From: an uncultured bacterium
GTDB taxonomy: Bacteria > Babelota > Babeliae > Babelales > Babelaceae
Assembly (NCBI GenBank): GCA_963717435.1
Contig: OY970332.1
Location: 480,001-544,000 of the forward strand
Direction of reading: 5' to 3'
Length of the DNA stretch: 64,000 bases
This document shows, piece after piece, positions 37,827 to 47,009 of the stretch. Position 1 is the stretch's first letter, and each line of letters starts with the position of its first letter. The position numbers and the translations under genes are program-made. The notes beneath the pieces are model-generated. The model was not told the DNA's origin. It ran no database searches and was given only the letters and a program-made list of their open reading frames with translations.

Positions 37827-37963
37827 CGCCGTCGCTAAAAACCGCGAGTCTTTAGCCCGTGGATGCAAGCGACAAGAACCACGCCGCAGCTTTAGCGCAG
37901 TCGGGTTTGGCTATGGCGTAATTTCGCGCGATACGCCGGATTTTTAATCCGGAGAGCGCTTCA
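37827..37963 (+). mobile_element. Putative non-autonomous IS200/IS605-type element (end hairpins only)
   Basis: GC-rich island with CCGCGAGtctttagCCCGTGG and CCGGATTtttAATCCGG-agagcgct-TCA hairpins; no transposase. Confidence 0.5.
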
Positions 37964-38058
37964 TAAATATTTAATATAATTTAGATAATTATTGTTTTTC
38001 TATTCCCGCGCTTGTTAATTTTTAGATTGTTATTATTTAATTAATAAGTGAGGGTAAA

Positions 38059-39258
38059 GTGAAAAATATTAAATTTTTATTGTTAATTTTATTTTTTAAT
38101 TCTTACGGCGCAAATCGATTTCAACCTTTCAAGTCTGACCTGAGTAAAGGAGTACCTGCTAAAGAAATTGAGGATCTGCAGGATTATATCGAACACTTTA
38201 GTCGACATTTGGAAATTCAAGATAAGGTAATTAACGATGCAATTAACAGTATCCCAGAGAAATTCAAAGAAAAAATAAATTTACTAGCAGACGCATCAAA
38301 AAAGAAATCAGCAACGGAATTTACAAGTCTTTATAATACAACATTTAGGGAGCTATTCTTACTATGGTTCAAGTCTGACCCAGATATATGGAAGCAGATA
38401 CTAAAGAATACTGCTCAGGAAGCAATTGTACCAGCGCTTATGGGTTTGATTTTCCCTGTTATTTTTATTATAGTGCCACCTTTGTTACCGGCACTATTAG
38501 CGGATGTTTATCGTACCTACAAAAAATACCCTGACTATGTCGATATTGGGAAAAATATATTAGAAAAAATAGATAGCGATTTTGCCAAATATAGAGTTTC
38601 TTATAGCAAGCAACAGATTAAGGATTATCTTAATGCCGCATCTAAAGATATGTTTTTATTCGAAGTGCAAACACCAATTGGATCAAAAGAGTCTGGCGGA
38701 ACTCTTAAAAAAGAAGTTGGAAATCTGAAAAATATTAATTTGCCGACTCAAAAAGAAATAGATGAGTTAAAAGCCAAGTTAGAGAATAAAGAAGTATCTC
38801 AGAAAGAATTTCAAGATTGGGTAGAAAAAAATACAAAATTAACGGCTAAACTTATAATTTTTAATCGCTGGATGAAAGCATTAGGAGATCTGAGTGAATT
38901 TTTGGTTAAATCTGGCTCAAAAGATTTGCCGCCACTATTTAGTGAAGTGCTTGCGCTAAATGACGATATTTTGGATAAAATATATAACTTAAAATCGGCT
39001 AGCGAAAGAAGTGGGACTGTAATTCGGGAGGGTTCGAGATCTTTTATTAAGCTGGATATGGGACAGGTGATAAATGATCTAAAAGACAAATTATCAAAAA
39101 TACAGAAGAAAATAGATAGCGTATATGTATTCAGACAAGGGCCGAAAGACGCAAAAGAGTTATTGCAGATTTTAGTTGGGGTTCCTGGAAAGAAAAATGG
39201 CATATTCGATAGAGTTATTGAAAAGATGGAAACAGATTTTGGAACTATGGGGAGATAG
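38059..39258 (+). CDS. Exported hypothetical protein, paralogue A
   Basis: Signal peptide, central hydrophobic helix; long blocks shared with the next gene. Confidence 0.8.
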   Translation: MKNIKFLLLILFFNSYGANRFQPFKSDLSKGVPAKEIEDLQDYIEHFSRHLEIQDKVINDAINSIPEKFKEKINLLADASKKKSATEFTSLYNTTFRELFLLWFKSDPDIWKQILKNTAQEAIVPALMGLIFPVIFIIVPPLLPALLADVYRTYKKYPDYVDIGKNILEKIDSDFAKYRVSYSKQQIKDYLNAASKDMFLFEVQTPIGSKESGGTLKKEVGNLKNINLPTQKEIDELKAKLENKEVSQKEFQDWVEKNTKLTAKLIIFNRWMKALGDLSEFLVKSGSKDLPPLFSEVLALNDDILDKIYNLKSASERSGTVIREGSRSFIKLDMGQVINDLKDKLSKIQKKIDSVYVFRQGPKDAKELLQILVGVPGKKNGIFDRVIEKMETDFGTMGR

Positions 39259-39259
39259 T

Positions 39260-40522
39260 ATGAAAAATATTAAAGTTTTATTTTTAATTTTATTTTTTAG
39301 TTCTTATTTTGATGTCAAAAATGGATATCTAAACTGTTCGATGCAGCAGGTGTACGACTCCTTAAACCGTGTAAATCAATCTAGTCTCTTTTCGAAAGAT
39401 CTGAGTAATGGGGTAGAAGATAAAGACATTGAGCAACTAGAAGATTTTATTAAAAAATTTGTTAAAGAGATATCCCATATCTACTATGGTTATGATCCGT
39501 ATTTCATAGAAATTGAAGGCACAATGCCGCTTATTCCAAAAACATTCAAAGAAAAAATAAATCTACTAGCACAATCAAAAAACAAAACATCACGAGAATT
39601 TACAGCCCTTTATAACAAAACGTTTAAAGAGTTATTCGAAATATGGTTTCAATCTAAAGAAAATATATGGAATTTGGCAGTAAACAACTTACGGACTAGC
39701 GTTATAAATGATTTGGAATTCTTCATATGCCTATTTGCCGTCACGATCCCTCTGTTTCCGATATTGATAATACCGACTATGGTGAAATATTATTCGATAA
39801 TTTCTCCATACGGTGAACTATCAGGACCATATGCCGAACTTGGGAAGAAGTTATTAGAAAAAATAGATAGAGATTTTGCAAAGTACACAATTTCGTATAG
39901 CAAAAAAGAGATGATGGATTATCTTAATGCCGCATCTAAAGATATGTTTTTATTTGAGGTGCAAACATCGAAAGATTTGGGCAGAACTGTTAAAACAGAA
40001 GTTGGAAATCTGAAAAATATTAATTTTCCGACTCAAAAAGAAATAGATGAGTTAAAAGATGAGGCAAAGAAGAGTTCTAAGTTATCGACGCAAGAATTTC
40101 AAAATTGGGTATCTAATAACAAAGCTTTGACAAACAAGCTTATAACCTTTAATCGTTGGATGAAAGTCTTGAGCGACCTGCGAGAATTTTTGGTTAAATC
40201 TGGCTCAAAAGATTTGCCTCCAATATTTAATGAAGTGCTTGCGCTAAATGACGATATTTTGGATAAAATTGTTCTTTTGAGAGATGCATCAAATAAGGGC
40301 GGGGCTGATGTTCTAATTAAGAACAATATAAAACTGCTAAAAGAAAAATTATTAAAAATACAGAAGAAAATAGATAGCGTATATGTATTCAGACAAGGGC
40401 CGAAAGACGCAAAAGAGTTATTGCAGATTTTAGTTGGCGTTCCTGGAAAGGATAAACGTATATTTGGCATATTTGATAGAGTTATTGACAAGATGGAAAC
40501 AGATTTTGGGCCCAGTAAGTAA
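39260..40522 (+). CDS. Exported hypothetical protein, paralogue B
   Basis: ATG 39260 (MKNIKVLFL) after GGAG mirrors paralogue A; shares DYLNAASKDMFLFEVQT and KIDSVYVFRQGPKDAKELLQILVGVPGK. Confidence 0.8.
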   Translation: MKNIKVLFLILFFSSYFDVKNGYLNCSMQQVYDSLNRVNQSSLFSKDLSNGVEDKDIEQLEDFIKKFVKEISHIYYGYDPYFIEIEGTMPLIPKTFKEKINLLAQSKNKTSREFTALYNKTFKELFEIWFQSKENIWNLAVNNLRTSVINDLEFFICLFAVTIPLFPILIIPTMVKYYSIISPYGELSGPYAELGKKLLEKIDRDFAKYTISYSKKEMMDYLNAASKDMFLFEVQTSKDLGRTVKTEVGNLKNINFPTQKEIDELKDEAKKSSKLSTQEFQNWVSNNKALTNKLITFNRWMKVLSDLREFLVKSGSKDLPPIFNEVLALNDDILDKIVLLRDASNKGGADVLIKNNIKLLKEKLLKIQKKIDSVYVFRQGPKDAKELLQILVGVPGKDKRIFGIFDRVIDKMETDFGPSK

Positions 40523-40595
40523 TTAAATAAGTTATAGTTCTCGTAATTAAAAAAATTTGTTATTTTGTGGCAATAAATTTAATTGCGGGAACTGT

Positions 40596-41573
40596 ATGCA
40601 AAAAGATTCAAAAATATATTTGGCTGGGCATGAGGGGCTCGTTGGATCGGCTCTCTTGGAAAAATTGAAAAAGTCTGGATACCAAAATATAATTACAAAA
40701 AGTTTTTCTGAACTTGATTTAAGAAACCAAGAACAAGTTAATAGTTTTTTTAAGATAAATAAGCCAGAATGTGTTTTTATCTGTGCAGCAAAAGTTGGCG
40801 GCATAGTCGCAAATATGACCAAACCTGCTGAGTTTATTTATGACAACTTAATGATCGTTGCGAATTTAATTCATGCAAGTTATGTTTATAAAGTAAAAAA
40901 ATTATTGTTTTTGGGTTCTTCTTGTATCTACCCAAGAGATTGCGCACAGCCGATCTGTGAAGAGTATTTGCTAACTGGCCCACTTGAACAAACCAACAGA
41001 GCTTATGCGATTGCAAAAATATCTGGCATAGAACTTTGTCAATCTTATAATAAGCAGTATGGGACAAATTTTATCTCTTGCATGCCCACAAATTTATATG
41101 GGCCAGGAGATAATTTTGATCTAAATAGTTCCCATGTTATCCCCGCTTTGATTTCCAAAATAATTACCGCACGCGATAATCGCGAAAAGTTTGTCACAAT
41201 TTGGGGAACTGGTAACCCAAAAAGAGAATTCTTGTATGTTGAAGATCTTGCAGACGCGTTAATATTTTTGATGCAAAACTATAATATCTCAGAAATAATT
41301 AATATTGGAACTGGGCAAGATTTGTCGATAAAAGAGTTGGCGCAAACTATAAAAAATATTACAAATTACACAGGCGAGTTGGTTTTTGATACAACAAAAC
41401 CAGATGGAACGCCAAGAAAATTGCTTAATGTTGAACGAATCAGTAAACTAGGCTGGAACGCAAAAACTGAGTTAAAAGATGGGCTTAAAAAAACGGTAGA
41501 TTGGTACGAAGCAAATATAAAATTGGGAGCTGGATATGAGCGAAGCAAAAATCACAAAACTATTTCGACGTGA
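40596..41573 (+). CDS. fcl: GDP-L-fucose synthase
   Basis: [52 protein letters not shown]. Confidence 0.97.
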   Translation: MQKDSKIYLAGHEGLVGSALLEKLKKSGYQNIITKSFSELDLRNQEQVNSFFKINKPECVFICAAKVGGIVANMTKPAEFIYDNLMIVANLIHASYVYKVKKLLFLGSSCIYPRDCAQPICEEYLLTGPLEQTNRAYAIAKISGIELCQSYNKQYGTNFISCMPTNLYGPGDNFDLNSSHVIPALISKIITARDNREKFVTIWGTGNPKREFLYVEDLADALIFLMQNYNISEIINIGTGQDLSIKELAQTIKNITNYTGELVFDTTKPDGTPRKLLNVERISKLGWNAKTELKDGLKKTVDWYEANIKLGAGYERSKNHKTIST

Positions 41574-43359
41574 CTTGTTTTTTATTAGACCGACCCTTCG
41601 ATACATTTTTTTCGCGCCAACTCGCTCAAAAAACACTCAGGGCGAGCGGTCTTCATGGCGTTGTTCAAAGTTTCATAATAAGCTCGTGATTTTCTTGTTA
41701 TCTGTACTGAATATTTTTAGTTTATTAAGTTATTCTACACGTGTTGAAATTGTTGTGCCAACCTACAAAAATCAAGATGTATGCATAGCAAATCTTAGAT
41801 CGCTAGTATCGCAAGATTATCCAAGAGACCTGTTTCATATAACAATAGTCGATGACATGTCCCCAGATAGTACAAATTATTTAATCAAAAAATATATAGA
41901 CGAAAATAATTTAAATAAGCTAGTTAAAATTATTACCAATAAAAAACGCACGGGGGCGCTTGGTAATTTCTATAAAGTTATTCATGATCTTCCCGGTGAT
42001 ACTGTGGTTTTTACGGTAGATGGGGATGACGAACTTAATGGCCCAAATGTTGTAAAAAGAGTGATTAAAGAATACGAAGAAAATAATGCATGGGTAACTT
42101 ACGGGCAGTTTAAATGGCTATCTTCTGGTAGTATGGGAATTTGCAGAGATATTCCTGATGACGTAAAAAAGCGTAATGCTTTTAGAAGTCAATCATGGGT
42201 CTTTTCTCACCTGAGAACTTTTAAAGCTTGGTTATTTCAACAAATAAAATTTGAAGATCTATTGTGTCCCGCAACTCTTGATAATAGATCTTCTGGATTA
42301 TCAAAATCTGAATTTTTCTACGACAAAGCCTGGGATCTGTCATTAATGTTTCCAATGCTTGAAATGGCGCGTGATGGGCACATAAGATATATTCCAGATG
42401 TTTTATATATTTATAACGACATGAGCCCACTTAACGACCACAAAGTTGATGCAGGCCGCGTGGTTGCATTAGACGCTTATGCTCGTAAGCGAAAAAAATA
42501 TGACGCTCTGTCAGCCCCGGTTTATATAGATAATGTACCGCAAAATATAGACCTGATTGTGTATTCTAAAGACAGACCGCTGCAATTATTAAGTTTTCTA
42601 GAATCACTAGGTAAATATGCAACTGGGGTTAATAAAGTTTTTGTTGTATACGCTTCCAGCGATGCGTATGAGCCTGGATACAAAGAAGTTTTTGAAAAAT
42701 TTAATGGGCTAACCATTTATCGACAAAATAATAATCTGCATGGAACTGATTTTAAGCAGATTAATCTCGATATAATAAACCAAATGGTTTCTAATTACGT
42801 AGCCTTTGCAGTTGATGATATTGTTGTAAAAGACAGATTCGATTTTGCAGAATGCGCCAAATATTTAAGACACACAGACGCATACGGGTTTTATTTGCGA
42901 CTTGGCGATCATGTTGATTACTGTTATACAGAAAATAGATATCAGGGCGTGCCCCACTTAATTCCGGTTTCAGAATCTATGGGCGCTTGGCGATTCTCTT
43001 CTGGTCAAGCTGATTGGAACTATCCAAACTGTTTAGATATGACAGTTTATAAAAAAGCAACCGCGATAAGTGCCATAACAAATTTAAACTATAGAGCTCC
43101 AAACTCTATGGAAGGCACATGGGCAGGGCGCGCGGACCACAACAAAATTGGGCTCTGCTATTATGACTCTAAAATTGTTAACTTGCCGTTAAATTTAGTT
43201 AACACAGAAATCACGGGCAACAGACACATGCATAGTTATTCTGTGGCGCAACTTTATGACTTGTTTAGGCGCGGATTTAAAATGGATATTAATAAACTAG
43301 AGAAAATTAAAAACAGATCGGCCCATATGGAATATGAGCCAAGTTTTATCGCAAGATAA
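41536..43359 (+). CDS. Family 2 glycosyltransferase with second C-terminal domain (start uncertain)
   Basis: [20 protein letters not shown]; hydrophobic segment precedes the GT domain; second domain begins SKDRPLQL. Confidence 0.85.
   Translation: MSEAKITKLFRRDLFFIRPTLRYIFFAPTRSKNTQGERSSWRCSKFHNKLVIFLLSVLNIFSLLSYSTRVEIVVPTYKNQDVCIANLRSLVSQDYPRDLFHITIVDDMSPDSTNYLIKKYIDENNLNKLVKIITNKKRTGALGNFYKVIHDLPGDTVVFTVDGDDELNGPNVVKRVIKEYEENNAWVTYGQFKWLSSGSMGICRDIPDDVKKRNAFRSQSWVFSHLRTFKAWLFQQIKFEDLLCPATLDNRSSGLSKSEFFYDKAWDLSLMFPMLEMARDGHIRYIPDVLYIYNDMSPLNDHKVDAGRVVALDAYARKRKKYDALSAPVYIDNVPQNIDLIVYSKDRPLQLLSFLESLGKYATGVNKVFVVYASSDAYEPGYKEVFEKFNGLTIYRQNNNLHGTDFKQINLDIINQMVSNYVAFAVDDIVVKDRFDFAECAKYLRHTDAYGFYLRLGDHVDYCYTENRYQGVPHLIPVSESMGAWRFSSGQADWNYPNCLDMTVYKKATAISAITNLNYRAPNSMEGTWAGRADHNKIGLCYYDSKIVNLPLNLVNTEITGNRHMHSYSVAQLYDLFRRGFKMDINKLEKIKNRSAHMEYEPSFIAR
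41594..41649 (-). repeat. Structured palindromic repeat, copy 9 (reverse orientation in 5' part of GT2 ORF)
   Basis: Minus strand CCGCTCG-CCCT-GAGTG-TTTTTT-loop-AAAAAA-TGTATCGA-AGGG. Confidence 0.9.
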
Positions 43360-43391
43360 AATTAATAAATTTTAAATAATTTGGGATCAAC

Positions 43392-44840
43392 ATGAAAAAA
43401 TTACAACAAAGAAAAAAGTTTTTTATAATACTAGTAATATCAGCAGTATTTTTATCAGTTTTTTACATATACCAGGTTTTCTTTAAGTTTGATCAATGCG
43501 TAGATTTTGATAAATCTATGAACGAGGGACTAAAGATAACATTTGGTGCCCACTCTACCCCTGAAGCTGAAAAAATCTGGCTCAGCGACTTGAAAAATCT
43601 TTATAAAAAAAATTGCTACGACAGTTTTGCCGAAAGTTCTGAATATAAGATCCCACCGATAATTCACCATGTTTGGCTCGGAAGCGAAATCCCAAACCAA
43701 TATAAATACTTAAGACAAACTTGGGTTGAAAAGCATCCGGGTTGGATTTTCAAATTATGGACCGATGCGGACGTAGAGCCATTTAAACTGGAAAATAAGT
43801 TATTATTTGATGCTGCACGAAACTATGGCGAAAAATCAGATATATTTAGATACGAAATATTAAAACGCTATGGCGGTTCTTATTTTGATACAGATTTTAT
43901 GTGTATTAAATCAATTGCGCCGTTACATAGATCCAACGACTTCTATACCGGAATCATGAACGCTGGTGAAGTTTTGATCGCTATAGGGGCATTGGGTTCG
44001 ATTCCTGATCATCCGTTATTAAAAGCAGTCATGACTTCTATAAGTGAAGCAGGTTCAAAATATGATATAAATAATATTATGGAAAGAACTGGACCGATCC
44101 ATTTTACAAAGATATTTGTCAAAGAGGCGCCCAAATTATCTGGTTCTATAGTTGCATATCCTGTAACGTATTTTTATCCTGTACCAAATACTATAAGAGG
44201 GCAAAACTGTTTTGATAAGGCAAAAGAATTTATAAAACCTGAAACTTTCGGTGTTCACTTGTGGGAATGCAGTTGGATGCGGCCGCAGGCTTTCTTGCAA
44301 CAAAATCAAATCGACAATTACAGTATAAATTGTAAGGACGAACACTTTGGCAGATTTGAAGTAGACAAATTTATTGATAAATATTTTGCCAAAAAACAGT
44401 TGGGCGTTTTTGTTGATATCGGTGCAGAAGATGGGGCAATGTTCAGTAACACTTATTTTTTGGAAAGATCGAGAAACTGGAAAGGAGTTTGTATAGAGCC
44501 TGAAACAAAACAGTTTTCAAGTCTTTCAAACAACAGAATAAGTTTCTGTGCAAATTGTGCAATAATCTCTCAGGGCGATAATAATAAACTTAAAGATCCA
44601 TACCCATATATTTATGATCTTGCTGACATATTACAGTACTGCAAATTTGATAAGGTCGACTATCTCTCGATTTCATCAAATCGTGCTGAAGTAATATTAA
44701 GGGCAGTAAATTTTAGCTTGTGCGACATAAAATTAATCAGTTTAAATTCCGGCCAAGACGCAGCCGAGAATATACTTATCAAAAATAATTATAAACTGAT
44801 AAAGGATCTTGGTGGTATTAAAGTTTTTGAGAAAAAGTAG
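43392..44840 (+). CDS. DXD glycosyltransferase (GT32/OCH1-like) fused to FkbM-like methyltransferase domain
   Basis: N-terminal anchor; IPPIIHHVWLG, SDIFRYEILKRYGGSYFDTD, TGP, HLWECSW; then FVDIGAEDG...SNTYFLE...WKGVCIEP. Confidence 0.82.
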   Translation: MKKLQQRKKFFIILVISAVFLSVFYIYQVFFKFDQCVDFDKSMNEGLKITFGAHSTPEAEKIWLSDLKNLYKKNCYDSFAESSEYKIPPIIHHVWLGSEIPNQYKYLRQTWVEKHPGWIFKLWTDADVEPFKLENKLLFDAARNYGEKSDIFRYEILKRYGGSYFDTDFMCIKSIAPLHRSNDFYTGIMNAGEVLIAIGALGSIPDHPLLKAVMTSISEAGSKYDINNIMERTGPIHFTKIFVKEAPKLSGSIVAYPVTYFYPVPNTIRGQNCFDKAKEFIKPETFGVHLWECSWMRPQAFLQQNQIDNYSINCKDEHFGRFEVDKFIDKYFAKKQLGVFVDIGAEDGAMFSNTYFLERSRNWKGVCIEPETKQFSSLSNNRISFCANCAIISQGDNNKLKDPYPYIYDLADILQYCKFDKVDYLSISSNRAEVILRAVNFSLCDIKLISLNSGQDAAENILIKNNYKLIKDLGGIKVFEKK

Positions 44841-44850
44841 TTTAAATTAG

Positions 44851-45534
44851 TTATTTTCTATTGTCGTAATTTTTTTGAAGCTGCTCGTCAGTAGAAGATA
44901 TTTTGCTTAAAACTTTTTCAAATAAATTTATTATTGCATCTAAGATTAGCAAAGATTCTTCATAGCGCATTACTTTATTATTATCTTTATTATAAGAGTC
45001 TTTTAAGTTGGCAAGTTTTAATTTTAAATCAGATAACAATTTTGAATTTTCAGAATAAATACTATTATAAGCATCATGCGCATTTTTAAGCACATCTTTT
45101 CTTAAGATAATAAAATTAGGGTTTAAATCTTTAATTTGTTTCCCGTCAGCAACCTGTTTCTCTTTTGCCGCAGGATAAATATACTTTTCATAAACCTTTG
45201 AATACCAGTCGTTAATTAACTTTTCACCATTGGTTTTTATTATATCGTTAGCTAGTTTATTTAATTCTTCGTCACCAACATAAGCATCTATTTGTTTATA
45301 TAAATCAGGATCTATAAACTGGTGCAACTTTGTACCAATTTGCGTGTACTCTTTAGGTAAGCCCTCAGTGATTAAATTAAATTTAGAAAAACTGTTTCCC
45401 AGTAAACCCAAGTCTCTTATTAGCGCTTTCGGATCTATGCTCTCATATACTGGACCAGTAGTTTTTTGCTTAGAAAATATATTTCCAAAAATTAATAACA
45501 AAATACTTAAATTATAAACAGATATCTTATTCAT
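44851..45534 (-). CDS. Exported hypothetical protein
   Basis: 227 aa ORF with signal peptide, fills the gap, helical composition. Confidence 0.7.
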   Translation of the reverse strand: MNKISVYNLSILLLIFGNIFSKQKTTGPVYESIDPKALIRDLGLLGNSFSKFNLITEGLPKEYTQIGTKLHQFIDPDLYKQIDAYVGDEELNKLANDIIKTNGEKLINDWYSKVYEKYIYPAAKEKQVADGKQIKDLNPNFIILRKDVLKNAHDAYNSIYSENSKLLSDLKLKLANLKDSYNKDNNKVMRYEESLLILDAIINLFEKVLSKISSTDEQLQKNYDNRK

Positions 45535-45628
45535 GATATTTTTCCCAAATTAAATTAATAATTAATTTTACGTTTTAGATTTTAATTAATTTACTAATTT
45601 AATCTCAAGAGTTATTAAAAAAATAAAC

Positions 45629-46885
45629 TTATAAGCCGTTGGTTAGTGCTTTAACCAAGTCTTTTTGGCTAACTTTGTTCTCTGCTCCAGTCATCATATT
45701 TTTTACTGTAGCCATTCGTGAAGCTTGTTCATCTGGCCCTAAAATTATCACATATTTTGCGCCAAGCTTATTTGCTTTTCGCATCATGCTCTTCATAGAT
45801 TCGCCATCCAAGAAAATCTCTGTGCATAAATTTGCAGCTTGAAGTTCGTCTGAAAGTAATAGCGCAAGTTCTTTTTGTGCTTGTTCCAGTGGGATTATTA
45901 TATTAAGTGCCGGCTCTTGTTCTAATATTAACTTATCTTTCATCTCTTCAAGCATTATTATAACGCGCTCGATTCCAACAGCTGCGCCTATTGATGGGTA
46001 ATCTTGTTTCGCGCCGATCTGTGTTGCAAGTGTGTCATATCTGCCACCGCCACAGAATGCATTTTGTGCACCAAGCGCAGTTCCAGAAAATTCAAAAACT
46101 GTTTTGTTATAGTAATCCAAGCCTCGTACTAATGCATGATTATAACTAAACGACACAGATAAATTTTGTAGATTTTCTTGCAACTGTGTCCATTCTATAT
46201 TGCATTCTGCACACAAGTTATCTGCTATATGTGGTCCAGATTTATAAAGTTGTTGGCACGATTCTGTTTTGCAATCAAATACACGCATGATATTTGATTC
46301 TTTACGCACTTTGCATTTGTCACAAATTTTATCTATATTTTCTGATAAAAATTTATATAATTTGTCTCTAAATTTTATTCTGTCAGATAGGCAACCTAAA
46401 AAGTTTAATGTAAGAGCGTAACTATCAAGTTTTAATGTTTCAGAAAAAAATCTATCAAGCATTTTTATAAATAAAACATCTTGTAATATTGAACTTGTGC
46501 CTATGGCTTCGATATTAAGTTGATTAAACTCACGATATCTTCCCTTTTGTGGTCTCTCGTGCCTGAAAACTGGGCCATAAGAAAATACTTTAAACGGGAT
46601 TGTCTCTATAGATTCATTCAAAAATGCACGCATTGTTGAGGCGGTCATTTCTGGACGCAAGCAGATCCCATCGTTATCCACTTCAGTATTAACTGTGTAC
46701 ATTTCTTTGGAAACAACGTCAGTTTCTAGACCCAAAGATCTTTTAAACAATTCTATTGGTTCAAGTATTGGTGTGCTAATCTGTTTGAAGTTATAAATTT
46801 TTAAAAATTTTTTTGCATTATCTATAAAAAAATTGAATAATTTCAGGTCTATAAAATCCTGTGTTCCCTTTATTCTTTGTATCAT
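45629..46885 (-). CDS. hisS: Histidine--tRNA ligase
   Basis: KGTQD, LRPEMT, RHERPQKGRYREF, LVRGLDYY, GGGRYD, GIER. Confidence 0.98.
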   Translation of the reverse strand: MIQRIKGTQDFIDLKLFNFFIDNAKKFLKIYNFKQISTPILEPIELFKRSLGLETDVVSKEMYTVNTEVDNDGICLRPEMTASTMRAFLNESIETIPFKVFSYGPVFRHERPQKGRYREFNQLNIEAIGTSSILQDVLFIKMLDRFFSETLKLDSYALTLNFLGCLSDRIKFRDKLYKFLSENIDKICDKCKVRKESNIMRVFDCKTESCQQLYKSGPHIADNLCAECNIEWTQLQENLQNLSVSFSYNHALVRGLDYYNKTVFEFSGTALGAQNAFCGGGRYDTLATQIGAKQDYPSIGAAVGIERVIIMLEEMKDKLILEQEPALNIIIPLEQAQKELALLLSDELQAANLCTEIFLDGESMKSMMRKANKLGAKYVIILGPDEQASRMATVKNMMTGAENKVSQKDLVKALTNGL

Positions 46886-47009
46886 TTGGGCCCAATCATA
46901 AAATTTTTATTAATATTTTTCGTGTCGACTTCGGGTTGACTATGTGTCTTTACAATGTTAGAACGTTTAACGTTAGTATAAAACTTTTTGTTCTAAAAAG
47001 GGAGAAAAA

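Noticed and set aside
593-41649. Repeat family considered as CRISPR repeats, tRNA fragments or plain terminators
   Set aside because: Copies are dispersed rather than arrayed, there are no cas genes, no cloverleaf or T-loop, no U-tract, and several lie inside ORFs or in a divergent promoter region.
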